Positions 41,504 through 50,986 of a stretch of 64,000 nucleotides of DNA are shown here, piece by piece. The DNA is from an uncultured Lachnospiraceae bacterium. GTDB lineage: Bacteria; Bacillota; Clostridia; Lachnospirales; Lachnospiraceae. The translations under genes were made by a program, and so were the position numbers. Numbering within the stretch: the stretch's first letter is position 1; every line of letters begins with the position of its first letter. Location: assembly GCA_946531495.1 (NCBI GenBank), contig CAMNAQ010000002.1, positions 4,280 to 68,279 of the forward strand, read 5' to 3'. Under the pieces are notes generated by a model, which worked only from the letters and a program-made list of their open reading frames with translations, had not been told where the DNA came from and searched no databases.

Positions 41504-43210
41504 ATGAGCGTTAATCCTATCTTAAAACTTGATTATCCCGATCCCGATGTTATCCGCGTCGATGATACTTACTACATGGTAAGCACAACGATGTATTTCA
41601 TGCCGGGGTGCGAGATCTTAAGATCGTACGATCTTATAAACTGGGAGCATGCCGCATATGTATATGACAGGCTCGATTCAACGCCCCAGCAGCGAATGGA
41701 AGGAACGGAAAATATCTATGGTCAGGGTATGTGGGCGGCATCATTAAGATATCATGACGGATTTTTCTATATCTGTTTTGTCGCAAATGATACTCATAAA
41801 ACATATATATACAGCTCAGCTTCGATCGACGGACCGTGGGAAAAATATAATCTTGACGGATTTTATCATGATAATTCCATATTGTTTGATGATGACGGAA
41901 AGATATATATAGTCTATGGCAACAAGGAGATCTATATCCGCGAGCTTCGCGGAATACCGGAAGAGGACGGAAGAATCAGATTAAGCGATGACACTGATGA
42001 AGGCACTCTCATACTCCGTGACAGTGATGATGTTTATCTTGGATATGAAGGAACGCATTTTTATAAGATAAACGGAAAGTATTATCTGTTTATGATCCAT
42101 ATGCCAAAGTCCACCGCAAAGAGGACGGAAGGATGTTATGTATCGGATTCCCCCTTTGGTCCGTATTACGGAAAAGATGTTATGGATGATGACAGGGGCT
42201 ACAGAAAAAGCGGAGTAGCTCAGGGCGGAATAGTTGATGACCCGGATGGATATTATTATGCCATTCTCTTTCAGGACTCCGGAGCGGTGGGGAGAATTCC
42301 CGTGCTGATGCCCGTGACCTGGGAATATACGGATCTTGGATCAGCTCCTGACACATATGTCACATCGGATGAAGATAAGAAGATAGTTCCCTTTAGCGGA
42401 AAAATGGAAGCGGATTTTCCGGTTTTCGGAAATGAGGGACGTATCCCTGAAGACTTTGATATCCTGGACCTTGCTCCGGATCATATATATACAGCTCTTG
42501 TCGGAAGCGATGATTTTAAAGGATCAGGTGAAGCATCGAAAGATTATGACTCCTTTGGCTTTAAGAGCCGCTGGCAGTTTTCACATGAACCTGACCTGAG
42601 CCTTGTTGTAAGAGATACTGAAAAAGGAACCGTTACGGTTAAGACAGATAAGATATGTGTCAATCTTGTTCAGGCCAAAAACGTCCTGACCCAGCGCACA
42701 TACTTTCCGGGCTGTACATGTAATATCATGATCAATGCATCATGCATAAACGAGGGTGATTTTGCCGGGCTTTGCACTCTTGAGAGTAATTACGCATTTG
42801 CAGGCATCACAAAGGAAAACGGTGAGTATTATGCCATTATGTGCAGCAGGACACTTGACGGAGGAATATGGGGAGAAAGGCATGACACTGAGCCTGCAGT
42901 GATAACAGAGAAGGTAAAGCTGTCATCTCCAAGGGTAAGGCTGTATTCCGTCATATGCTTTGACCATACTCTTTTGGGTTCTTCAGCAGATCCCGACAGG
43001 ACGGTTAGTCTTACAAGGCTGCCTGATGCAGACGATACGGTTTATTTCGGATTTATGGAAGATGGGGGAGTAAGGCATTCCATAGGCATGCCTCATAAGC
43101 TTGTATTTAAGCTGGATCATTTTACCGGTGTAAGATTCGGACTCTTTGTATTCAGCACAAAGGAAGCCGGAGGCTCTGCAGAATTTTCGGATTTTGTTTA
43201 CAAATTCTGA
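41504..43210 (+). CDS. Glycoside hydrolase family 43 with C-terminal beta-sandwich (xylosidase-like)
   Basis: YPDPDVIRV, GMWAASLRY, YEGTH, AQGGIVD, HFTGVRFGLF. Confidence 0.9.
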   Translation: MSVNPILKLDYPDPDVIRVDDTYYMVSTTMYFMPGCEILRSYDLINWEHAAYVYDRLDSTPQQRMEGTENIYGQGMWAASLRYHDGFFYICFVANDTHKTYIYSSASIDGPWEKYNLDGFYHDNSILFDDDGKIYIVYGNKEIYIRELRGIPEEDGRIRLSDDTDEGTLILRDSDDVYLGYEGTHFYKINGKYYLFMIHMPKSTAKRTEGCYVSDSPFGPYYGKDVMDDDRGYRKSGVAQGGIVDDPDGYYYAILFQDSGAVGRIPVLMPVTWEYTDLGSAPDTYVTSDEDKKIVPFSGKMEADFPVFGNEGRIPEDFDILDLAPDHIYTALVGSDDFKGSGEASKDYDSFGFKSRWQFSHEPDLSLVVRDTEKGTVTVKTDKICVNLVQAKNVLTQRTYFPGCTCNIMINASCINEGDFAGLCTLESNYAFAGITKENGEYYAIMCSRTLDGGIWGERHDTEPAVITEKVKLSSPRVRLYSVICFDHTLLGSSADPDRTVSLTRLPDADDTVYFGFMEDGGVRHSIGMPHKLVFKLDHFTGVRFGLFVFSTKEAGGSAEFSDFVYKF

Positions 43211-43276
43211 AATAGTTTTTCCGGGGTATATGCATGTGAAGGCATAAAACAAAGAAAGCAAAAAAACGGATCATAT

Positions 43277-43927
43277 ATGCATTTTGAAATAAAAGATCTC
43301 AGAAAAAAATACGGAAAAAAGATCGTTCTGGATGGGATAGATCTTACCGCCGAAGGAGGAAGATGCATCGGCATCCTGGGAGGAAACGGAAGCGGAAAGT
43401 CTACTCTTTTGTCGGTGATCGCGGGAGTACTTCGTCCGGATTCCGGAAGCATCACTTCCGAAAAAGACGGAGCTTCGGCGCGTATAGGATATGTGCCCCA
43501 GGGAACTCCTTTGATCGAGGAATTATCTGCAAAGGATAATCTCAGACTGTGGTACTCTTCCGGCAGGATGAAACAGGAGCTTGAAAACGGTGTTTTGAAG
43601 CTTCTTGGCATTGATGATTTTTTAAATGTACCAGTCAGAAAGTTGTCCGGCGGAATGAAGAAAAGGCTGTCCATAGGATGCGCCGTATCGGGAGATCCTG
43701 ATATTCTTCTTATGGATGAACCCACGTCCGCTTTGGATATTGTCTGTAAGGACAATATTTATTCATATATCGGGGAGCTTAAGGATAAGGGCGGGATCAT
43801 CCTTCTTGCCACACATGATGTTCATGAAATAGAAATATGCGATGAGTGCTATGTGTTAAAAAACGGAAAGCTTGATAAATATATTTATGACGGAGATATA
43901 CACAAACTTGCGGGGTGTATCGGATGA
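43277..43927 (+). CDS. ABC transporter ATP-binding protein
   Basis: GGNGSGKS, LSGGMKKR, MDEPT. Confidence 0.92.
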   Translation: MHFEIKDLRKKYGKKIVLDGIDLTAEGGRCIGILGGNGSGKSTLLSVIAGVLRPDSGSITSEKDGASARIGYVPQGTPLIEELSAKDNLRLWYSSGRMKQELENGVLKLLGIDDFLNVPVRKLSGGMKKRLSIGCAVSGDPDILLMDEPTSALDIVCKDNIYSYIGELKDKGGIILLATHDVHEIEICDECYVLKNGKLDKYIYDGDIHKLAGCIG

Positions 43928-45150
43928 TCCTCGTTAAGTATTTCGCGGTTCAGATAAAAAGGATGATAAAGCATGCTGCATCGGTTTTGCCAATTGCCAT
44001 GCTTTTATTTTCGTGTATTGCTGCCGCTGTGTATTTCTTTTTTCAATACAGCGGGATCACGGATGCAAACACTAAATACCGTATAGGGATCGTCGGAAAC
44101 ACAGATCAGACGTATCTTAAGTTCGGGTTCTATGCCATCGGAACTATGGATGTCTCAAAATATATGGTGGACTTTATTCCCATGACCGAGGAAGAAGCGA
44201 AGGAGGAATTCAGGGCAGGAACGCTTACCGCATATGTTGTGGTGCCGGATGAATTTCTTGACTCTGTCGTTCACGGAAGAAACGATGTGCCCATAACCTA
44301 TGTATCGACGGAAGGACATAAGGGTATCGAAGGATATCTCATGGATGAGTTTTCCGTAGTCATATCCGATATCGTTACCAGTTCGCAGGCCTCGATCTAT
44401 TCCATGCAATCCGTGGCACGGAGTCTAGGGAAAAACGATGAACTGGGTGAGTGGACGGAGGAACTGAACCTGAGACTTATCGGATATGTGCTTAACCGTA
44501 CGGACTTTGCGGAACTGGAAGAGCTCGGGATCTCAAAGGGACTTTTGATAAGGCAGTATTATTTTTGCACAATGATCCTTTTGTTCTGCTTTTTGCTGGG
44601 AATAAGCAGCGCACCGCTTTTTTCGGGGAAAAATGATGAATTCGGAAAATGGATGAAGATGCGTGGGATCGGGCCCTTTTTTCAGGTGGTCTGTGAATAT
44701 TTTGCATATTTTATTCTTATGCTGATATGCGTGTATGTGCCTTTGGCCGTACTTGGAAGGGTAACGGACAACATGTCCTTTTTGCATAAGAAGGTATATC
44801 CCGGTCAGCTGTTTTTTGCTCTGTTTCCGATAATGCTGATGATCTGCGCTTTTCATTTTATGATATATGAAACCGTTAGGAACACGGTATCAAATCTTCT
44901 TGTTCAGTTCGTCATGATAATGGGGATGGGATATGTATCGGGATTTTTTCTTCCTGCGGATTCTCTTCCCGAAAGCATCTCTGCATTCGGACGCATCCTT
45001 CCGTCCGGAGTTGCGATGGATCATCTGTCCGGAATGCTTTTTACGGAAACTGGTATCAAATGTACAGCCATGATGATGATTTATTCGATCATCTTTTTAA
45101 TGGTCTCGGTCATGATGAGAAGATGGATCGTGATGAGGAGCGGTGAGTAG
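43924..45150 (+). CDS. ABC-2-type transporter permease
   Basis: 1 TM + extracellular domain + about 5 TM; SGFFLP motif. Confidence 0.8.
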   Translation: MILVKYFAVQIKRMIKHAASVLPIAMLLFSCIAAAVYFFFQYSGITDANTKYRIGIVGNTDQTYLKFGFYAIGTMDVSKYMVDFIPMTEEEAKEEFRAGTLTAYVVVPDEFLDSVVHGRNDVPITYVSTEGHKGIEGYLMDEFSVVISDIVTSSQASIYSMQSVARSLGKNDELGEWTEELNLRLIGYVLNRTDFAELEELGISKGLLIRQYYFCTMILLFCFLLGISSAPLFSGKNDEFGKWMKMRGIGPFFQVVCEYFAYFILMLICVYVPLAVLGRVTDNMSFLHKKVYPGQLFFALFPIMLMICAFHFMIYETVRNTVSNLLVQFVMIMGMGYVSGFFLPADSLPESISAFGRILPSGVAMDHLSGMLFTETGIKCTAMMMIYSIIFLMVSVMMRRWIVMRSGE

Positions 45151-46278
45151 ATGAACAGGATCATTGTCAGGTGCTTTCTTACCGAAAAAAGATTATTCAG
45201 GAAAATAAGCTTTATCATTGTTCTTCTCATGATCCCGGTACTTGTTGCGGGACTCAAAAACAGGGCTGATGAGGAATCCGGCCTGGTAAGGATAGGCCTT
45301 TATACACCTGATGAGGAAGGATCCTTTTCCGATGAGATAATAGACAGATTCCTTGAGGATGAAAGTGTTTTTCTTTATTCCGAATATGAGTCCGAGGAAG
45401 AAGGAATAGCGGCGCTGGAGGAATGTGTGATAGATGCACTGTGGATCCTGCCGGAGGACCTTGATGCTTTGCTTTTGGAGCTTGCGGACAGAAACAGGAT
45501 CAAGCCATTGATCAGAGTGATCGAAAGAGAGGATGACGTGGCTCTGATCTTTACAAGAGAAATTCTTTGCAGCAAGGTTTTTCCGAGATTTGCCTATGAT
45601 GCTTATACGGATTACGTATCGGATCACATCGGCGCGGATGCACCTGATGATGAAACGCTTCGTATGGTATATGACAGCATTTGCCGGAAGGGAAATCTTT
45701 TTGCTCCGGGAGTGCTGGGAAAAGATGTGTCTGAAGCGCTCGAGGAAGAGACATATTTTACCGCTCCCATGAGAGGGCTTCTTGCCATATGGATGGTGCT
45801 CGCAGGATTCGCCGCTCTGATGTATTATAAAAATGATGAGGAAAAAGGCGTTCATGACATGGTGCCCGTAAGCAGGAGACTTTCCGGGGCATTCGCGCTT
45901 GAGGCCGTGGTGCTTACAGACTGCGGGATCATATATCTGATCGCATGCGGCATTCTCGGGATCCTGACAGACCCCGTAAGGGAGATAATATATCTCATAT
46001 TATTTGCAGGATGCATATCGGTATTTTGTAATATCCTTGGACTTTTGATAAATGATCTGCGCGGGATAGGAATGCTTGTTCCGTTTGCGATCCTTTTGAT
46101 GATAGTGCTGTGCCCTGTCTTTTTTGACTTAAGAAGCGCGGGCGCAGTCAGGGGAATTTTACCTCCGTTTTATTATCTTAAGGCTTTGTATGATCCGGGA
46201 TATCTGATGAATATGGTCATATATCTGGCGGCGGGATCATTTGCATGCGTGATGCTGAACCTGGCCAAAAACAGATAG
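45151..46278 (+). CDS. ABC-2-type transporter permease
   Basis: Same architecture as the preceding gene; LCPVFFD..LPPFYY. Confidence 0.8.
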   Translation: MNRIIVRCFLTEKRLFRKISFIIVLLMIPVLVAGLKNRADEESGLVRIGLYTPDEEGSFSDEIIDRFLEDESVFLYSEYESEEEGIAALEECVIDALWILPEDLDALLLELADRNRIKPLIRVIEREDDVALIFTREILCSKVFPRFAYDAYTDYVSDHIGADAPDDETLRMVYDSICRKGNLFAPGVLGKDVSEALEEETYFTAPMRGLLAIWMVLAGFAALMYYKNDEEKGVHDMVPVSRRLSGAFALEAVVLTDCGIIYLIACGILGILTDPVREIIYLILFAGCISVFCNILGLLINDLRGIGMLVPFAILLMIVLCPVFFDLRSAGAVRGILPPFYYLKALYDPGYLMNMVIYLAAGSFACVMLNLAKNR

Positions 46279-46294
46279 ACGGTAAGAGGAATAT

Positions 46295-46543
46295 ATGGAT
46301 GAACCATTTGTAAAACTGGATCTTCACGGCATGAATCTGACGGAAGCCGAAAAGGCGGTGGATAAGGCTCTTTCCGCGGCGGGCCCGGGAACATATCAGA
46401 TCAGGGTGATACACGGCTTTAACAGGGGATCCGCGTTAAAGAATATGATCTGTGAGGAATTCAGATATGACAAAAGGATAAAGAGGATAATGCCCGGCGA
46501 TAATCAGGGCGTGACCATACTCGTTCTGAAGGAATTGTATTGA
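46295..46543 (+). CDS. Stand-alone Smr/MutS2-C domain protein
   Basis: LDLHG, VIHG, NQGVT. Confidence 0.88.
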   Translation: MDEPFVKLDLHGMNLTEAEKAVDKALSAAGPGTYQIRVIHGFNRGSALKNMICEEFRYDKRIKRIMPGDNQGVTILVLKELY

Positions 46544-46608
46544 TACGGATCTGTAGTATAATGCTTTAGTGCTGCAGGGTCTTAAGCATTACCAAAGGGA
46601 GAGACACC

Positions 46609-47703
46609 ATGAAGATAATGACAAACCGAATGGATCTGGGGTTTCAAAAACACCGGGATGAATATGAAGAGGCAGCCCTCAGGGTACTTCGCAGCGGATG
46701 GTATATTCTCGGTAAGGAGGTTGAAGCCTTTGAGGAGGAATATGCCTCATACCACGGAGATGGCTTTAGCTGTGCCGGAGTTGCAAACGGACTGGATGCA
46801 CTTATACTCGGAATTAGAGCGCTGGGAATAGGAGAAGGCGATGAGGTCATAGTCCAGGGTAATACCTATATCGCATCAGTCATGGGAGCTTCCATAAACG
46901 GTGCAACACCTGTTTTTGTAGAGCCTGATGAGCATCACCAGATAGATGTATCCAAAATAGAGGATGCCATAACCACAAAAACCAAGGCGGTCATGGTCGT
47001 TCATCTTTACGGACTTATCTGTGATATGGATAAGGTTGTGGATATATGCAGAAAGCATTCTCTTAAGCTTGTGGAGGACTGCGCACAGGCACATGGTGCA
47101 AAGTGGAATGGCAGACTTGCGGGAACCTTCGGTGATGTCGGATGCTTTTCTTTCTATCCGTCCAAAAATATCGGGGCCTTCGGCGATGCTGGTGCCTGCA
47201 TATCGCCCGATCCGGATCTTATCAGGAAGATAAAGGTACTGAGAAATTACGGTTCCGGAAAGCGCTACTATAATGAGGTTGTCGGTGTAAACAGCAGGCT
47301 TGACGAAATGCAGGCGGCTCTTCTCAGGGTCAGGATGAAATATATAGATGAGATCACATCCGAAAGAAGGGATATAGCTGCTGCCTATGATAAGGGCATT
47401 ACAAATCCGGATATCATCAAACCGGTGCAGACAGAAGGCGGTTATGCCGTATATCACCAGTACGTTATAAGAAGCAGCAGGCGTGATGAGCTGATAGAAT
47501 ACCTTAAGGAAAAAGAGATCGGAACGATCATTCATTATCCCGTTCCCCCTCATCTTCAGGCTGCTTATGCATATCTGGGGCATCATAAGGGCGATTATCC
47601 CATATGCGAAAAATATGCTGACGAAGTACTGTCCATTCCCATGTATAATGGCATGACAAAAGAAGAGCAGGACTACGTGATTGATGCATTGAATAATTTC
47701 TGA
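46609..47703 (+). CDS. DegT/DnrJ/EryC1/StrS PLP aminotransferase (FdtB-like)
   Basis: SGWYILG, EDCAQAHG, SFYPSKNIGAFGDAG, NSRLDEMQA. Confidence 0.92.
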   Translation: MKIMTNRMDLGFQKHRDEYEEAALRVLRSGWYILGKEVEAFEEEYASYHGDGFSCAGVANGLDALILGIRALGIGEGDEVIVQGNTYIASVMGASINGATPVFVEPDEHHQIDVSKIEDAITTKTKAVMVVHLYGLICDMDKVVDICRKHSLKLVEDCAQAHGAKWNGRLAGTFGDVGCFSFYPSKNIGAFGDAGACISPDPDLIRKIKVLRNYGSGKRYYNEVVGVNSRLDEMQAALLRVRMKYIDEITSERRDIAAAYDKGITNPDIIKPVQTEGGYAVYHQYVIRSSRRDELIEYLKEKEIGTIIHYPVPPHLQAAYAYLGHHKGDYPICEKYADEVLSIPMYNGMTKEEQDYVIDALNNF

Positions 47704-47735
47704 TCGTTATAATGATAAATCAATAGTAAATATTA

Positions 47736-47777
47736 AAACAGGTCAATTTTTTAAATTCGTAAAATTGGCCTGTTTTT
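47736..47777 (+). terminator. Terminator-like hairpin
   Basis: AAAACAGGTCAATTTT...AAAATTGGCCTGTTTTT. Confidence 0.65.
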
Positions 47778-47855
47778 ATGCATAAAGCCCAAGAATACGG
47801 GAGGTTTTATTAAAATAACAATAAAATCACCACGAAAAATAGATTAAAATCGCTC

Positions 47856-47884
47856 TTGATTTATCACTTTTATAGTGATATGGT
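47856..47884 (+). promoter_or_regulatory. Putative leuA promoter with palindrome in the spacer
   Basis: TTGATT-17-TATGGT with extended TG; TATCACT-TTTAT-AGTGATA inverted repeat at 47862-47880. Confidence 0.5.
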
Positions 47885-47937
47885 TGCTTTATTAAAAAGC
47901 AGATGCGGACATATAATTTCCGCGGTTAGGAGATGCA

Positions 47938-49941
47938 ATGAGCAAGGTTAAGATCAGTGAAAAATACAAACCGACATATCATATGCCCCCGATATGTGAG
48001 CATAACTGGGTTAAGAAGGACAGGATAAAAAAGCCTCCGATCTGGTGCAGTGTTGACTTAAGAGACGGCAACCAGGCACTTATCGATCCCATGAGTCTTG
48101 AAACCAAGCTCGAATTTTTTAAATTGCTTGTAGATGTCGGATTTAAGGAGATAGAGGTAGGATTCCCGGCATCCTCCGATACCGAATTTGAATTTATCAG
48201 AGCACTTATTGAAAAGGACATGATCCCGGATGATGTAACTATCCAGGTTCTGACCCAGGCAAGAGAGCATATCATCAGAAAGACCTTTGATGCGGTAAAG
48301 GGTTGCCCTAAGGCCATCGTTCACCTTTACAATTCAACCTCTGTTGAGCAGAGAGAGCAGGTATTTAAAAAGGAAAAGTCCGAGATAAAGAAGCTCGCTG
48401 TTGACGGAGCAAAGCTCCTCAAAAAGCTTGCGGACGAGACGGATGGAAATTTCATGTTCGAATACAGCCCCGAGAGCTTTTCACAGACGGAGCCGGAATT
48501 TGCTCTTGAAGTATGCAATGCCGTACTTGATGTATGGAAGCCCACACCCGAGAAAAAGGCTATCATCAATCTTCCTTCTACCGTTCAGGTTGCAATGCCC
48601 CATGTTTTTGCGGACCAGATCGAATATATGTCGGATAATCTGAAGTACAGAAAGGGCGTTGTCGTATCTGTTCATCCTCATAATGACAGAGGAACCGGAG
48701 TCGCCGATGCGGAGCTGGGAGTTCTGGCAGGTGCCGACAGGGTTGAGGGTACTCTTTTCGGAAACGGTGAGAGGACCGGTAATGTGGACCTTGTGACAGT
48801 TGCTCTCAATATGACCACACACGGAGTGGACAGCGGACTTGATTTCTCCAATATAATGAAGATCCGCAATGATTATGAGAGATTCACCAATATGAAGGTC
48901 CATGAGAGAACTCCTTATGGCGGAGATCTTGTATTTACCGCATTCTCGGGCTCTCATCAGGATGCTATCAGCAAGGGTATGAATTACCGCGCCGAAGGCA
49001 AGACCGGAAAGCGCTGGGATATTCCTTATATTCCCATCGATCCCTCAGACGTGGGAAGAGAATACGAGTCCGATGTTATCCGTATCAATTCCACTTCCGG
49101 AAAGGGAGGAGTTGCATTTGTCCTCAAGCAGCAGTTTGGATTCAGCCTTCCTGCTGCTATGAAGGAAGAGGTCGGTTATCTCATGAAGGGCGTATCGGAC
49201 AGAAAGCACAAGGAGCTGAAGCCTGATGAGATGTTCCAGGTATTTGAAGATGTATATATCACTTCAAGACCTGTTTTCGATGTAACTGCCGTACACTACA
49301 AACAGCTCGGAGAAGGCGGTATCGAAGCTGCGGTAAGCTTTAAGGATAAGAGCGGAGAAATGGATGTTTCCACCATAGGAAACGGACGACTGGACTCTGT
49401 CAGCAATGCCCTTAAGCTTTATCTGGGCGTTGATTATGAGCTTACAGGTTATGAGGAGCATGCCATATCCAAGACAAGTTCTTCCAAGGCTGCTTCCTAC
49501 GTCAGTGTTGTATCCGAGGGAAAAACCTACTGGGGCGTTGGCGTAAATGAGGACATCATCAAGGCTTCTACCGCAGCACTTGTCAGCTGCATCAACAAGG
49601 TTGCTACGGACCAGCATGTAAACAGGGGACGTGAAGAAAGACTTGTTGAGATCCTGACATATATCCAGAGAAACTATATCGATGTTACTCTTGACGGACT
49701 TGCCGATGAATTCCATCTTTCCAGACCTTACCTTTCAAAATACATAAAGGATAAGGCAGGAGAGACATTCCAGGATGTTGTCCGTATAGAAAGACTCAAG
49801 CGTGCCAAGACTCTTCTTAAGGATACGGCAAAGAGCATAGAGACTGTTGCAGGGGAGATCGGCTACGAAAATGTTGAGCATTTCAACAGGCTCTTTAAGA
49901 AGACGTACGGCATGACCCCCGCCCAGTACCGCAAGAGCTGA
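47938..49941 (+). CDS. leuA: 2-isopropylmalate synthase (LeuA type 2) fused to a C-terminal AraC HTH domain
   Basis: WCSVDLRDGNQAL, YSPES, HPHNDRG, GNGERTGN, AFSGSHQD, allosteric domain (GNG, YEEHAI, WGVG); then LADEFHLSRPYLSK...VAGEIGYENVEHFNRLFKKTYGMTPAQYR. Confidence 0.93.
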   Translation: MSKVKISEKYKPTYHMPPICEHNWVKKDRIKKPPIWCSVDLRDGNQALIDPMSLETKLEFFKLLVDVGFKEIEVGFPASSDTEFEFIRALIEKDMIPDDVTIQVLTQAREHIIRKTFDAVKGCPKAIVHLYNSTSVEQREQVFKKEKSEIKKLAVDGAKLLKKLADETDGNFMFEYSPESFSQTEPEFALEVCNAVLDVWKPTPEKKAIINLPSTVQVAMPHVFADQIEYMSDNLKYRKGVVVSVHPHNDRGTGVADAELGVLAGADRVEGTLFGNGERTGNVDLVTVALNMTTHGVDSGLDFSNIMKIRNDYERFTNMKVHERTPYGGDLVFTAFSGSHQDAISKGMNYRAEGKTGKRWDIPYIPIDPSDVGREYESDVIRINSTSGKGGVAFVLKQQFGFSLPAAMKEEVGYLMKGVSDRKHKELKPDEMFQVFEDVYITSRPVFDVTAVHYKQLGEGGIEAAVSFKDKSGEMDVSTIGNGRLDSVSNALKLYLGVDYELTGYEEHAISKTSSSKAASYVSVVSEGKTYWGVGVNEDIIKASTAALVSCINKVATDQHVNRGREERLVEILTYIQRNYIDVTLDGLADEFHLSRPYLSKYIKDKAGETFQDVVRIERLKRAKTLLKDTAKSIETVAGEIGYENVEHFNRLFKKTYGMTPAQYRKS

Positions 49942-50016
49942 TGAAACACTCAGCCGGGTCCCGGTAGCCCGGGTGCTGACCGGTATTGCAGCCCGGGGGT
50001 TGAGCATCGATGGTTT

Positions 50017-50061
50017 ACAGACATGTCTGATTGAAGTATCATCAGACATGTCTGTTGTTTT
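50017..50061. terminator. 15-bp inverted repeat (terminator or operator) after leuA
   Basis: ACAGACATGTCTGAT-9nt-ATCAGACATGTCTGT then TGTTTT. Confidence 0.6.
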
Positions 50062-50116
50062 CTCGGGTTTTACGAAAATGTGAAAGCTGATCTTTTTTTT
50101 GAATGTGAGGAATGAC

Positions 50117-50986
50117 GTGAAGGGCTGGTTGGTAGTTAATTCATTTGTAAAATGGGATAAGTTCAGTGAGATATATGAGCTGCTTCTTGAAGCCGGCAGA
50201 TCTGAGGGTGTGGACCTTGAGATGAAGTCTTCCTCGGATATATTCTGCAGTGTGCAGAGCGGCTTTGACGGAATGGAACTTCCGGATTTTGTGATCTTTT
50301 GGGACAAGGACATACTTCTTGCAAGGCGTCTCGAGCAGGCCGGGCTGAGACTGTTCAACTCCTCGGAAAGTATCGAGGTGTGCGACGATAAGGGACAGAC
50401 AGCCATTGCCCTTCGTCAAAAAGGGATCAGGACTCCGCTCACATTCCTGTCTCCCAAAGCGTATCCAAGCTTTGGATGCACGGATCTGACATTTTTGGAC
50501 AAAGCTGAGGAAGCCCTTGGCTATCCGATGGTCATCAAGGAAAACAGGGGATCCTTCGGAAAGCAGGTACACCTTGTCCATGACAGAAGAAAAGCCGAAG
50601 AGCTTATAGGTAGCTTTAAGGAACATCCTTTTATCATGCAGGAATACATTGAAGAATCCGGCGGGCGTGACGTACGTATCAATGTTGTGGGCGGAAAAGT
50701 GGTCGCTTCCATGTACCGCTATAATGACAATGATTTCAGATCGAACATCACTAACGGCGGAAGCATGAAAAAATACGATGCGGATCCCGAACAGGCTAAG
50801 ATCGCGGTAATGGCATGCGAAGCCATAGGTCTTGATTTTGCCGGGGTGGATGTGCTGTTCGGAAAAGACGGTCCCATCATATGCGAGGTAAATTCCAATC
50901 CACATTTTAAGACAACTCTTGAATGCACCGGGATCAACATGGCAGAGCATATAATGGCTCATATTCTGGAAGTTATCGCAAAATAA
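50117..50986 (+). CDS. RimK-family ATP-grasp alpha-L-glutamate ligase
   Basis: CDDK, PMVIKENRGSFG, QEYI, DVRI, FRSNITNGG, AGVD, EVNSNP; GTG start after GAGGA. Confidence 0.88.
   Translation: MKGWLVVNSFVKWDKFSEIYELLLEAGRSEGVDLEMKSSSDIFCSVQSGFDGMELPDFVIFWDKDILLARRLEQAGLRLFNSSESIEVCDDKGQTAIALRQKGIRTPLTFLSPKAYPSFGCTDLTFLDKAEEALGYPMVIKENRGSFGKQVHLVHDRRKAEELIGSFKEHPFIMQEYIEESGGRDVRINVVGGKVVASMYRYNDNDFRSNITNGGSMKKYDADPEQAKIAVMACEAIGLDFAGVDVLFGKDGPIICEVNSNPHFKTTLECTGINMAEHIMAHILEVIAK

Noticed and set aside
20018-47703. tRNA-Arg-anchored genomic island or prophage
   Set aside because: No integrase, phage or conjugation genes, and no duplicated tRNA 3' end (att) was noticed.
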